NCBI GenBank assembly: GCA_035502455.1
Contig: DATJUI010000014.1
Location: 6,365 to 70,364 of the forward strand
Length of the DNA: 64,000 bases
Direction of reading: 5' to 3'
Source of the DNA: Thermoplasmata archaeon
GTDB taxonomy: Archaea; Thermoplasmatota; Thermoplasmata; Lutacidiplasmatales; UBA184
Below, piece by piece: positions 38,358 to 47,772 of the stretch. Each line of letters starts with the position of its first letter. Position 1 is the first letter of the stretch. The translations under genes were made by a program, and so were the position numbers. Under the pieces are notes generated by a model that had not been told where the DNA came from, searched no databases, and saw only the letters and a program-made list of their open reading frames with translations.

Positions 38358-38739
38358 GGGACCGGCCCGCCCGACGCGTCCTACGTCTCGCTCTACATTA
38401 AGGCGGGGCCGGGTCCCGAGGGTTCCGGACCGAGAGTGGCCTCGGGAGGACGTCGCTTGGACGAGCGACCGATCCGATCTCGATTCGTGGAGTTCGAGCG
38501 CGGCCACCGGTCCCGTGACCCAGGGTCGGTACGGGCCGGCGATCGAGGACCGGTGTCGGCGCCGAGCGGCGGTGTTGCGCAGACCCGGTTGCCCCGGAGG
38601 GACGTCCCCCGGCTCGATTCGGCCCGGGCCCGCCACGGAACGAGTTCGGAGGGCGCCCGGGAGTCTCGCATCGGAGCGCGGGGCCGCGCGCAGAGGGCGG
38701 GTGGTTGGGCGACGGTGAGAAGCGCGAAGCGGCCGACGC

Positions 38740-39711
38740 CTACTCCACGCGTGATAGCACGGTCAGCGCGCGCAGGGTGATCATCTTGCTCGGCGTTCTC
38801 TCCGCCTCGAACGCCAGGGGCACCGGGCAGTTCCCGGGGTGGGTTTTGAACCAGTCGACGAACTCCTGGTAGGGATCCGGCTGGACCGCGTCGAGGTCCC
38901 ACTTTCCGTCGGGCCTCCGCTTCCTGCGCAGGAGGTCGACCGCGTAGCCCAGTCGCCGGTCCTTTCCGTAGCCGAGCGCCGTCAGGCAGTCCAGGCCCAC
39001 CAGCAGGTCGTAGTAGTAGTGCACGGGCCAGTGGAAGCGGTACCACGGCTCGTACCGCTCGCCCTGATGGTGGAGCTCGTGCTCGAGGTAGTACTCGGCG
39101 GTCCGCTCCACGACGGTCTTCATCGCCGGACTCCACTTGGAACGAGGGTAGGCGGCGAACGCGGCCAAACCCTCCCACGCGTCCAGCGAACGGCTCGTGG
39201 CCGGCCCGTTCTTGGCGTAACGGCACGACCAGCCGCCGTTCGGGTGGGCGGTCCGGACCAGCCACTCGAGGGTCTTGCGGACCCGGGGGTCGTCCGTGTA
39301 TCCCAAGCGAAGGAGGCCGCGCGCCATGTTGGCCGTGTAGCAGTGGTGGCCCTTCCCCTTCCCGAACCCTCCGACGCCCCCTCCCTCGAGGGGCGACTTC
39401 GCCATCCAGTACTCCGCCGATGCTGCGATCTCCGGGATCTCGCGCGTTGCCCCGAGATCGGCCAAGGCGAGCAGGGTCCAGTGGGTCGCCGTGAACCGCG
39501 GCTCCATCCAGCCCTTGTCCCGCTCCCACCATCCGGCGGCGTTGCGGCGGGCAAGTGTATCCGCCACCCATCCCAAGGCGGGAATGCTTGCCTTGGCTTC
39601 GCGAACCTCCGGATCGTTCTCCCGCTTCGAGAGGAGTCGGGTCAGGGTCAGGTAGCGGACCGACGGCTGCTCGGGTTCGAGCAGCCAATCCAGCACCGTG
39701 TCGTCCGACAC
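38740..39711 (-). CDS. Prenyltransferase/squalene-oxidase-repeat (alpha-alpha barrel) protein
   Basis: WLLE..QPSVRY, PRFTATHWTL, CYTANM, HPNGGWSC, YYYDLL.GL, RRPDGKW, PSKMITL.AL. Confidence 0.75.
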   Translation of the reverse strand: MSDDTVLDWLLEPEQPSVRYLTLTRLLSKRENDPEVREAKASIPALGWVADTLARRNAAGWWERDKGWMEPRFTATHWTLLALADLGATREIPEIAASAEYWMAKSPLEGGGVGGFGKGKGHHCYTANMARGLLRLGYTDDPRVRKTLEWLVRTAHPNGGWSCRYAKNGPATSRSLDAWEGLAAFAAYPRSKWSPAMKTVVERTAEYYLEHELHHQGERYEPWYRFHWPVHYYYDLLVGLDCLTALGYGKDRRLGYAVDLLRRKRRPDGKWDLDAVQPDPYQEFVDWFKTHPGNCPVPLAFEAERTPSKMITLRALTVLSRVE

Positions 39712-39958
39712 CGGTGCGAGGACGGGCGGTCGCGTACAAGACCCTGACGAGGCGAGATCCCCGGCCCTGCCCAGATTCCAGGAAACGCACCCCGACGTCC
39801 GACCGCCATCCCCACTCCATCCTCCGGCGCGCGGCACGGAGGCGAGGTTCTCGTGCCGCGTCCAAGCACGGAACGAGTCTTCGGACTCTAGCCCTCAGGT
39901 CAGAATCGCATGGCGTGGTCGAAGGCGGAGCCCGCTCAGCGCGAGCGCGCCGACCGGC

Positions 39959-40483
39959 TCAACGGCGGTCCAGCCGGTACTCGGACTTCACCAAGCCCTT
40001 CGGATAGGAGCGAGTCCTCACGTGCTTGAGCCGGAGGTCGTGCGGCAACACCCCGAACAGGGGGATACCGTCCCCGATGAGAACCGGGTACCGATTGATG
40101 ATGATTCGGTCGACCAGGTTCGCCCGTAGGAAATTCTGGATCGTCTGTCCGCCGTCGACGTAGATGTGTTTCACCCCGCGCCGGGCGAGCCGGGACACCA
40201 CCTGCTTCGGGGTGGCCGTCATCACCGTGCAGTCGGCACCGGCCGGCACTATCACCCGGGCCGGAGATCGGCTGAGAACGATCACCGGCTTTCGATAGGG
40301 CCATTTCGCGAGGCCCGCCGCCCAGTCGAAGGTCCTACGCCCGATGACGTGGGCATCCACGGTCGCGACGAACGCACCGAAGCCGTTGTGGTCGTATTCC
40401 CCTTCGGGGAGGATGTCAAAGCTCAGGTCTTTCCGCGCGATGAACCCGTCGAGACTTACTCCGACGAAGGCGGAGACCTGCAT
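39959..40483 (-). CDS. Dihydrofolate reductase-like (RibD C-terminal) protein
   Basis: SLDGFIAR, IGRRTF, IYVDGG, PVLIGDGIPLF. Confidence 0.9.
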   Translation of the reverse strand: MQVSAFVGVSLDGFIARKDLSFDILPEGEYDHNGFGAFVATVDAHVIGRRTFDWAAGLAKWPYRKPVIVLSRSPARVIVPAGADCTVMTATPKQVVSRLARRGVKHIYVDGGQTIQNFLRANLVDRIIINRYPVLIGDGIPLFGVLPHDLRLKHVRTRSYPKGLVKSEYRLDRR

Positions 40484-40835
40484 CGTGACGCTTCACTTCC
40501 CCAGACCTCATCTAGTCTTTCCGTGGGCCGATGAGTGGGCGGAACGGGCGAGCCGCTCGAGCGAGATCCGAGCGCACCTCCCCTTCCCGGCGCGGTAGCG
40601 AGCGGGCGACGCGCGAACCCCGGCCGACTGGACGGAGGACGCGCGCGTCGGGGGACCGCCCGCCGATCACGGAGAGCGGGGGTCAGAGCGAGGGGCGCGG
40701 CGGGCTCCTTCGAGTCCCACGTCGGCCCCCACTCTCCAGAAACTGAGGGAACTCGCAGTTTCGGATTCGAAGGTTCCGATGCCGGGCCGGGATCAGCCCG
40801 TAGAGGGCCGAATCCCGGACGTGGTCAGTGGGAGG

Positions 40836-41462
40836 TCAACGGGACCCGAGAGGGGGCTTCCGGGCGATCACCACGTCCATCGCCTTCCGATGGGGAACGC
40901 CGCTCGCGGTGGAAATGAACTCCGCCTGCCTCGACTCCAGGATCTGCCAATCCCAATAATAGCCCAGCAGCTCGCCCGAACGGAACGGAGTCGCAAATGG
41001 ATTCGACGTCTGGGGAGGGATGTAGGGCTTCGGTACGTCGGCATTCATGGCATGGATCCCCCCGGGCGCCGTATGGGCTTTGAAGTGGTCCAATCGGGCG
41101 GCCCGAATACGACGGGGAAGGTTATTGAGCGCACCCGAGCAAAACACCCCGTCCACCCGGTGGCTCAGTCGGTAGGTCCGCAGGTCCCCGACGACGAATC
41201 GGGCGTTGACCCCGAGCCGAGACGCCCGGTGCTCCGCCTTTCGGACTCCCACACTCGAGATATCCACGCCCACGACGCGGTAGCCTCGCCGGGCAAAGTA
41301 GATCGAGTCCCGGCCTTCGCCACAACCCAGGTCGACCAACGTACGGAGCGGGCGCGGAAGTGAGCGGGCGAGGCGAATGACGTCACGGGCCAGATGGGTC
41401 GGCTTGCTTCCCCAGTACAGGCCGGGCCGAGCGTAACGTTCATCGTAGATCGGCTCACTCAC
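40836..41462 (-). CDS. Class I SAM methyltransferase (TehB-like)
   Basis: VDLGCGEGRDSIYFARRG, VGVDIS, FRSGELLGYY. Confidence 0.88.
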   Translation of the reverse strand: MSEPIYDERYARPGLYWGSKPTHLARDVIRLARSLPRPLRTLVDLGCGEGRDSIYFARRGYRVVGVDISSVGVRKAEHRASRLGVNARFVVGDLRTYRLSHRVDGVFCSGALNNLPRRIRAARLDHFKAHTAPGGIHAMNADVPKPYIPPQTSNPFATPFRSGELLGYYWDWQILESRQAEFISTASGVPHRKAMDVVIARKPPLGSR

Positions 41463-41772
41463 CGCTCGCGCTCCTCCCTACCGGCGTCGGTCTCGCCCCG
41501 AGCTGCCGAGAGAGCCGGTCGCCGCATAAGAACTCGACGGGATCGACCGCGGGTTGGCAATTCCGGTCCAACGACTGGCATGCCGAACCCGCCGACCCTG
41601 CCCTTGTCGACCTACGACGTCGGTTGCCATGCGGAGAGAACGGGTGGGTGGCTCCGGACAACGGCGTCCTCAGCTTCTAAGGGGCCGGAGCCCGACAGAG
41701 GACGTACCTTCGGACGCCGTGCCCTGCCCCGAGAGAAGACGCTCGGCCGATGACGTCACCGCGCTCTGCACG

Positions 41773-42384
41773 TCAAGGGCGCTCGATCTCGAGAGGCGGG
41801 CGGCGAGTCGCCTTCCGCCGGGAGCGGACCCTCTTTCTCACTACCCGCTTGCTCGTGCCGAGGGGAACGAGCGGACGGAATCCGAGCCGAGCGAACATGG
41901 AGTCGGTTCCACTCCACAGGAAGGAACCCGAGGCCGGCTTCCCTCGAGTATCGATCGGATATCCGTCGACCGTTCCTCCCCCGTCGGCGGCGATCAGGCG
42001 GAGGGCGCCTTCTAGCGCGGCTTTCGCGATTCCCTCCTTCCGGCGATCACGGTCGACGAAGAAGCACGTGATCCGCCGGTCGGGCGGCGCGACCCCCAAC
42101 TTGGCGTAGGCCGTCATTCGGCCCGGAAGCTCGGTGGGCGGTCCGAACTGGCACCACCCGACGAGCGTCGACGCGTCGTAGACGAGGGCAGCGTGGGAGC
42201 GATGCGTTCGGACAAGAGTCTCCTTTCGCCTCCGCCGCCGAGCCACTGACGGAACCCGCTCCCCGGGACCCAGATGGAACTGGAGGCACCAGCAACCGTT
42301 CCAAACGCCGTTGTGCTTTTCCATGATCCGGACAAAGTCCGGCCAGGTCGTGGACCCTAGCGTCCGAATCGAGTATCGCGTCAT
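41773..42384 (-). CDS. GNAT family N-acetyltransferase
   Basis: TWPDF...GCWC, VGWCQFGP, ITCFFV...RKEGIA..AL, VDGYP, FLWSG. Confidence 0.85.
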   Translation of the reverse strand: MTRYSIRTLGSTTWPDFVRIMEKHNGVWNGCWCLQFHLGPGERVPSVARRRRRKETLVRTHRSHAALVYDASTLVGWCQFGPPTELPGRMTAYAKLGVAPPDRRITCFFVDRDRRKEGIAKAALEGALRLIAADGGGTVDGYPIDTRGKPASGSFLWSGTDSMFARLGFRPLVPLGTSKRVVRKRVRSRRKATRRPPLEIERP

Positions 42385-42535
42385 CGGCCCTCGTGTTGCG
42401 GGTTCGGATGTACTCTCCCACGGTCCGATTGACAGGGAGCGGATAGGCCCATCTGTCCCGGGCCGTCCGGTCCGCGGCGGAGCGCGTAGCGGGACTCTGC
42501 AATGCTTAATCAAGCGGCTCAGTCCGTCGAACATC

Positions 42536-43819
42536 GTGAACGCCATTCGCCTCGAGACCGCGCAAAGGTTCGTCCTGGGTCGTCAGGGACTGTGGCCCGG
42601 CCGACGCTGGGAGGGGCGGAAGGGGGTCGATCTTGCCGTTCGTTACGCCGGTTCGGTGCAATTCGACCCGTTGGATGTGGTCGGCCGTAGCCACGACCTC
42701 GCGCTGTGGGGAAGAATTGTCCGCTACAGGAAAGAGCACCTGGAGGAAGCGCTCTACAAGACGCGGACGCTGTTCGAGACGGGCGGGAACGTCCAAATCC
42801 GCCCGATCGAGGAGTTACCGTATCTGCGCATCGTCATGGAGCGCAAGATCGCCGAAGATCGATGGCGCAGGTTCGCTCGAGCGAAGGCCGCTCTCCTCGC
42901 GAGAGTGACTCGCGAACTCGAGAGCCGAGGACCGCTCGGTCCGGGGGACTTCGAGGGACCGGGCGAGAAGCGGATCCACAACTACCGAGCCGGGAAGGAA
43001 TCGGGCCTCGCCCTCTACTTTCTATGGCTCAAGGGCGACGTCATGATCGCGTACCGGCGGCGAGGCGAGAAAGTGTTTGATCTCACGGATCGCCTCCTCT
43101 CCCGCTCCATCCCCGAGATCCCGGTGACGGAGGCCGAGGAACATCTCCTCCTCGGGACGCTTCGTCAACTGGGACTGGCGAGCACTTCCGAGTGGCTCCG
43201 TCACGCGTGGCCCCGAGTCGGTCGACCAAGTCTCCGTAGCGAGTGGCGGGATCGGACGCGTCGTTGGATGGAACAGGGGGTCATCCAGGAGATCGAGGTG
43301 GACGGTTGGAAGGGTAGGCCGGTCATGCTGGTGGAGGCCGCCGCCCAACTCGAGACCTTGCGTTCGTCCGAGGTGCCGCCGGAGTGGCGACCTCGGTCGA
43401 CCACGACGGACGAGGAAGTCGTGTTCCTGGCTCCCCTCGAGGTGGTGGCGGGACGGGACCGGGCGGCCCAACTCTTCGACTTTGAGTACGTGTGGGAAGT
43501 GTACAAGCCGGCGTCGAAGAGACGATGGGGGTACTACACGCTCCCCGTGCTGTGGGGAAATCGACTGTGCGCGCGTATCGAGTTGCGGACTGATCGAACG
43601 ACCCAGTCCCTCGTCGTCCTAGGGTTCTGGCCGGAGGACCCGCAGACTCGGCGTGACCCGGAATTCGCGGACGCGCTGGGCCGCGCCCTCGTTCGACTAT
43701 CGGACTTCCACGACGTGGCAAGGATCGACACCCCCGGGCTCGGCACCCCCGCGATGCGGCGACGGGTGGCCGCCGCGGTACGTCGGGTTCGCAGGCAAGC
43801 TGGTGCGGCCGAGGCGTGA
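42536..43819 (+). CDS. AlkZ/YcaQ-family (HTH_42) crosslink-repair DNA glycosylase
   Basis: QFDPLDVVGRSHDL (QxD), FLAPLE, FDFEYVWEVYKPA.KRRWGYYTLPVL; start uncertain. Confidence 0.85.
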   Translation: MNAIRLETAQRFVLGRQGLWPGRRWEGRKGVDLAVRYAGSVQFDPLDVVGRSHDLALWGRIVRYRKEHLEEALYKTRTLFETGGNVQIRPIEELPYLRIVMERKIAEDRWRRFARAKAALLARVTRELESRGPLGPGDFEGPGEKRIHNYRAGKESGLALYFLWLKGDVMIAYRRRGEKVFDLTDRLLSRSIPEIPVTEAEEHLLLGTLRQLGLASTSEWLRHAWPRVGRPSLRSEWRDRTRRWMEQGVIQEIEVDGWKGRPVMLVEAAAQLETLRSSEVPPEWRPRSTTTDEEVVFLAPLEVVAGRDRAAQLFDFEYVWEVYKPASKRRWGYYTLPVLWGNRLCARIELRTDRTTQSLVVLGFWPEDPQTRRDPEFADALGRALVRLSDFHDVARIDTPGLGTPAMRRRVAAAVRRVRRQAGAAEA

Positions 43820-43829
43820 GAGGCCCTTA

Positions 43830-43912
43830 TGCCGGGGCCAGGATTCGAACCTGGGAACTCCTGCGAGAGCAGATCTTGAGTCTGCCGCCTTTGGCCGCTC
43901 GGCCACCCCGGC
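43830..43912 (-). tRNA. tRNA-Leu(CAA), no intron, CCA not encoded
   Basis: GCCGGGG/CCCCGGC acceptor, GCAGA-CTCAAGA-TCTGC anticodon arm, long variable arm, CCAGG-TTCGAAT-CCTGG. Confidence 0.97.
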
Positions 43913-43937
43913 TTACCCCGAGAGGAGGGGCCCCGGT

Positions 43938-44390
43938 TTATTCGACTTCCGACCCATCGTCGGGCCCCGCTCCGCCCGCCTCGTCCTCTGCGTCCACGGG
44001 AACGGGCGGGGCCGAGCCCAATTCGCCCGGCTGGGTCGCCCCGGGGGTTCGACTCGCCCGGGATCGGGCCCGGCCGACCGGCACGCGACGGACGGAGCCG
44101 CATCGGAGGCAACGGCGAAGGCGATGCCCCGACCGCAGTCGGGTCCGCACGGTCCTCCCTTCGATCCAGTACGCCGAGCAGCGGCGGCAGAACAGCTCGC
44201 GATACTCGGCGAGGAGTCGGACGTTGTATCGCATCCCGATCCGGCGGGCCAGCCGTACGTACCGATCCGACAGCTCGGGGTTCGGGCCGGTCGCCTCCTC
44301 TTCGGCGAGGGCGAACAGGTCCGACACCCGCTCGCGGGCGATCCGGACCATCGTGCCGGTCCGACGGCCCCGGCGGCCCCCCGACCTCAC
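43938..44390 (-). CDS. rnp4: RNase P protein component 4 (Rpp21)
   Basis: IARERVSDLF, RYVRLARRIGMRY, FCRRC, CLRCGSVRR; GTGA overlap with upstream gene. Confidence 0.92.
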   Translation of the reverse strand: MRSGGRRGRRTGTMVRIARERVSDLFALAEEEATGPNPELSDRYVRLARRIGMRYNVRLLAEYRELFCRRCSAYWIEGRTVRTRLRSGHRLRRCLRCGSVRRVPVGRARSRASRTPGATQPGELGSAPPVPVDAEDEAGGAGPDDGSEVE

Positions 44391-44731
44391 GGGGGTTGCG
44401 GCTGCTGGCATACGGGGCAGTAGACCGCGGACCTCGCTATGAGGGTTCGGCAGCGCACGCAGAACTTCCCGTTCGGCGGGGGGGCCATCGGCCCGGTCGC
44501 CCCGGGGACCGGAGGCGGAGCGGGCGCGGCGTACGACCCCGGCGCCGCCACCGGCACGTACAGCGGGGGCGGCGCGGGGGACCCGGGTCGCGCGCCTGCG
44601 ACCCCGGGGGGGCCGGGCGGGGGAGGTACGACGGCGGGGGATGCCTCCCCCTGCGGCAGCGTGTAGCCACACTTCGTGCAGAACAGCGCCCCGTCGGGCG
44701 CGAGCTCGCCGCAGTGGAGGCAGACCGGCAC
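44387..44731 (-). CDS. Double zinc-ribbon protein with Pro-rich linker
   Basis: CLHCG...FCTKCG and FCVRC...YCPVCQ. Confidence 0.8.
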   Translation of the reverse strand: MPVCLHCGELAPDGALFCTKCGYTLPQGEASPAVVPPPPGPPGVAGARPGSPAPPPLYVPVAAPGSYAAPAPPPVPGATGPMAPPPNGKFCVRCRTLIARSAVYCPVCQQPQPP

Positions 44732-44775
44732 ATGGACGGCAAGGTTAATGGGGATTTATCGCCGTCCGCTCCCCG

Positions 44776-45576
44776 GTGAGATCCCGATCGGTCGGCCTCG
44801 TCACCCGGGACCCGGCTCTCTACGGAGAGCTCGCGGGATTCCTGCGGGAACGCGGCCTGCCGACGGTGAGCCTTCTTCCCGGCCAGCGGATCCCCGACCG
44901 CGTCGCGGTCGTGCTCACGTCCCCTGCGGAGGCCCCGCTCATCGCCCACTCGAACGTCCTGACGGTCGCCGAGGACGGCGACCGCCGGGCACTGGGGGCG
45001 GCGGTCGAGCACGCGCTCGAGGTGGGCGACCCGGCGCAGGAGATCGTCGTCGGGATCGATCCGGGTCCTCGGCCCGGCTACTCGATCGTCGTGGGGGAGA
45101 CCTGCATCGGGGAGGGGAACCTCGAGTCCCCCGAGTCGACGGCGGCGTTCGCCGGCCAGCTGCACCATCGCTTCCCCTCGCGCCCGGTCGTCTACCGGGT
45201 CGGATCCGGCGATCCGCCGGCCCGCAACCGGATCGTCAACGCGCTCCTTACCCTGCGTCGGCCGGTCGAGATCGTCAACGAGCAGGGGACCACGCCGCGG
45301 GGCCGTCGGCGGCCCCGGGACGCGCTGGCCGCCCGCTCCATCGCCGGCTCGCGCGGCGATCGCGTCCGCGAGCCGCTCGCCTCGCGGATCACGGCGGGGG
45401 AGATCGCGAACCTGCAGCGACTGAGCCGGGAAGGGAGCGGCGGCCGGATCACGATCTCGCGCTCCTCGGCCGAGCGCGTCCTCTCCGGGCGCGTCTCCTT
45501 GGCCGAGGCGGTCGCGGAGTCGATCGGGCGACCCGGCCCCGCGCGCGACGGCCGGTCCCGGGTCGAATCCCTTTAA
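44776..45576 (+). CDS. Hypothetical protein with RNase H-like (YqgF/RuvX-like) domain
   Basis: VGIDPG..PG, VNEQGTT, RDALAARSI. Confidence 0.6.
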   Translation: MRSRSVGLVTRDPALYGELAGFLRERGLPTVSLLPGQRIPDRVAVVLTSPAEAPLIAHSNVLTVAEDGDRRALGAAVEHALEVGDPAQEIVVGIDPGPRPGYSIVVGETCIGEGNLESPESTAAFAGQLHHRFPSRPVVYRVGSGDPPARNRIVNALLTLRRPVEIVNEQGTTPRGRRRPRDALAARSIAGSRGDRVREPLASRITAGEIANLQRLSREGSGGRITISRSSAERVLSGRVSLAEAVAESIGRPGPARDGRSRVESL

Positions 45577-45599
45577 TCCCGCGACCCGTCCCACCGCCG

Positions 45600-47327
45600 A
45601 TGGCGCTGCCGCCGGAGGTAACCCGTCGGGCGCGTCGGCTCGCGCTCGCCAACGCGGTCGCCCACGGAGGGGCGCCGCGCGCCGGTCCGATCGTGGCCCG
45701 CCTGCTCGCGACCGACGCGACCCTCCGGCCCCGGGCCGACGCGGTCCGGGCCCTGGTGGCCGAGGTCGTGGCCGACATCGCGCAGCGTCCTACGGCCGCG
45801 ATCGCCGAGGAGCTCGCGGCGCTCGGCGGCGCGGAGCCGGAGCGCGCGGCGCCCTCGACGGCGACGACGGGCGAGTTCCCGGACCTCCCCGATGCCGTGT
45901 CGGGCCACGTGGTCCTCCGGCTCGCCCCGTTCCCGAGCGGAGCGCTCCACATCGGGCACGCCCGCATGATGTTCGTCAACCAACTGTACCGAGATCGCTA
46001 CCAGGGCAAGATGCTCCTCGTCTTCGACGACACGGTCGGATCGGAGGAGAAGCGCGTCGAGGGCGAGTTCTACGGGCTGATCGAGGAGGACCTCGCCCTT
46101 GCGGGGATCCGCCCCGACGCGACCCACTACCGGTCGGACCGCATCGCGCTGTACTACCCCTGGGCGCGTCGCGTGATCGAAAAGGGGGGCGCGTACGTCT
46201 GCACCTGCGCGGCGGATCTGCTCCGCGCCAACCGCGCGGCCGGCGTCGCCTGTCCCGAGCGCGCCCAGAGCGTCGGCGAGACGCTGGACAGGTTCGCGCG
46301 GATGCTCGACGGAGGCTACCGGCCGGGCGAGGCGGTGCTCCGCCTGCGCACCGACCTCCACGACCCCGATCCCGCCTTCCGGGACCGGGTCCTGTTCCGG
46401 CTCAGCGACGTCGAGCACCCCCGGGTGGGGCGTCGGTTCCGGGTCTGGCCGCTCCTCGAGTTCTCGTGGGCCGTCGACGACGTCGAGCTCGGCATCACCC
46501 ACGTCCTGCGCGGAAAGGACCTGGTCATCGAGGACCGGATGCAGCAGTTCGTCTGGGACCTCCTCGGTCTCACCGGTCCCAAGTTCCTCCACTGGGGCAT
46601 CCTGCGGGTCCGAGAGGCGAAGGTCTCGAAGAGCAAGTCGTACCGCGAGGTGAAGAACGGGACCTACGACGGATGGGCGGACCCGAGGACCTGGTCGCTG
46701 CGCTCGCTCGATCGGCGCGGCATCTCGATGGAGGCCCTGCGCGCCTTCACGCTGTCGTTCGGAATGTCCCTCTCGGACATCGAGGTGCCGGCGGAGACCC
46801 TGTACGCCGAGAACCGAAAGCGCATCGACGCGACGACGCCACGTCGTTCGTTCGTCCCCGACCCGGTTGAGGTGACGGTCGCCGACTTCCCGGCGGAGCT
46901 CGCGCAGGTGACGCTCGCCAACCACCCCGACGTTCCGGCGCTCGGGATGCGGCAGGTCGCGGGAGGACCGGCCTTCTACCTGCCCCGCAAGGACGTCGCG
47001 GCGCACCTGGGGGAGGAGGTCCGCCTCAAGGACCTCGTCAACGTGCGCCTGCCCGATCGGCTCCCGCCGGACGAGGTCGCCGTCGCGGCGTTCACCACCC
47101 GGGAGAACCGGCGCCTTCCGCGGATCCAGTGGGTCGGGACGCCGGGGGCCGTCGCGGTCGACGTCCTCGGGATGGAGGGGGAGCATACGGCCGGCTGGGG
47201 CGAGCGGACGCTCGCGGCGGCCCCGCCCCGCGCGATCTACCAGTTCGAGCGGTTCGGCTTCGTTCGCGTCGACGACGGCCCGGGCCCCGGGCCGGGCCCG
47301 CTGCGGGTCGTCTTCGGGCATCCGTGA
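45600..47327 (+). CDS. gltX: Glutamate--tRNA ligase (archaeal)
   Basis: RLAPFPSGALHIGH, FDDT, WPLLEFSWAVDD, THVLRGKD, VSKSK, QFERFGF. Confidence 0.97.
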   Translation: MALPPEVTRRARRLALANAVAHGGAPRAGPIVARLLATDATLRPRADAVRALVAEVVADIAQRPTAAIAEELAALGGAEPERAAPSTATTGEFPDLPDAVSGHVVLRLAPFPSGALHIGHARMMFVNQLYRDRYQGKMLLVFDDTVGSEEKRVEGEFYGLIEEDLALAGIRPDATHYRSDRIALYYPWARRVIEKGGAYVCTCAADLLRANRAAGVACPERAQSVGETLDRFARMLDGGYRPGEAVLRLRTDLHDPDPAFRDRVLFRLSDVEHPRVGRRFRVWPLLEFSWAVDDVELGITHVLRGKDLVIEDRMQQFVWDLLGLTGPKFLHWGILRVREAKVSKSKSYREVKNGTYDGWADPRTWSLRSLDRRGISMEALRAFTLSFGMSLSDIEVPAETLYAENRKRIDATTPRRSFVPDPVEVTVADFPAELAQVTLANHPDVPALGMRQVAGGPAFYLPRKDVAAHLGEEVRLKDLVNVRLPDRLPPDEVAVAAFTTRENRRLPRIQWVGTPGAVAVDVLGMEGEHTAGWGERTLAAAPPRAIYQFERFGFVRVDDGPGPGPGPLRVVFGHP

Positions 47328-47373
47328 GCCGGCCCAGCCTTTTGTAGCGGGACCGCCATCGAAGGGACGGTCG

Positions 47374-47763
47374 ATGAGGTTCCTGCACACGTCGATCACC
47401 GTCCGACGGATGGACGAGAGCCTCGCGTTCTACACGGAGGTGCTCGGCCTCGAGTTCGAGCGCCGCCGATCGATCCCCGAGAACCACGCGGAGATCGCGT
47501 TCGTGAAGGACCCCGAGTCCGGCGCGCGGATCGAGCTCACGCACTGGGACGGCCGGGAGACGTTCGAGGCCGGCGAGCAGCTCGACCACCTCGCGTTCGA
47601 GGTGGCGGACCTCGACCGCTTCCTCCTCAAGGTCCGCACGCAGGGGGTCCGCGTCGCAAAAGAGCCGTACCGCCTGTCGGGCGGGTCGTCGCGGATCGCG
47701 TTCATCCTCGATCCGAACGACGTCTGGATCGAGCTCATCGAGCGCGCCCCGACGGCGGGCTGA
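47374..47763 (+). CDS. VOC family protein (lactoylglutathione lyase-like)
   Basis: FLHTSITV, IELTHW, HLAFEV, DPNDVWIELIE. Confidence 0.88.
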   Translation: MRFLHTSITVRRMDESLAFYTEVLGLEFERRRSIPENHAEIAFVKDPESGARIELTHWDGRETFEAGEQLDHLAFEVADLDRFLLKVRTQGVRVAKEPYRLSGGSSRIAFILDPNDVWIELIERAPTAG

Positions 47764-47772
47764 CGCGGCCCC

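Noticed and set aside
39744-39790. Hammerhead ribozyme (CTGACGA...GAAA)
   Set aside because: No stem II with the conserved G-C pair before GAAA, and no matching stems I and III
37700-43912. Integrated provirus or att-bounded element at tRNA-Leu(CAA)
   Set aside because: No integrase, viral gene or duplicated tRNA 3' end found by eye
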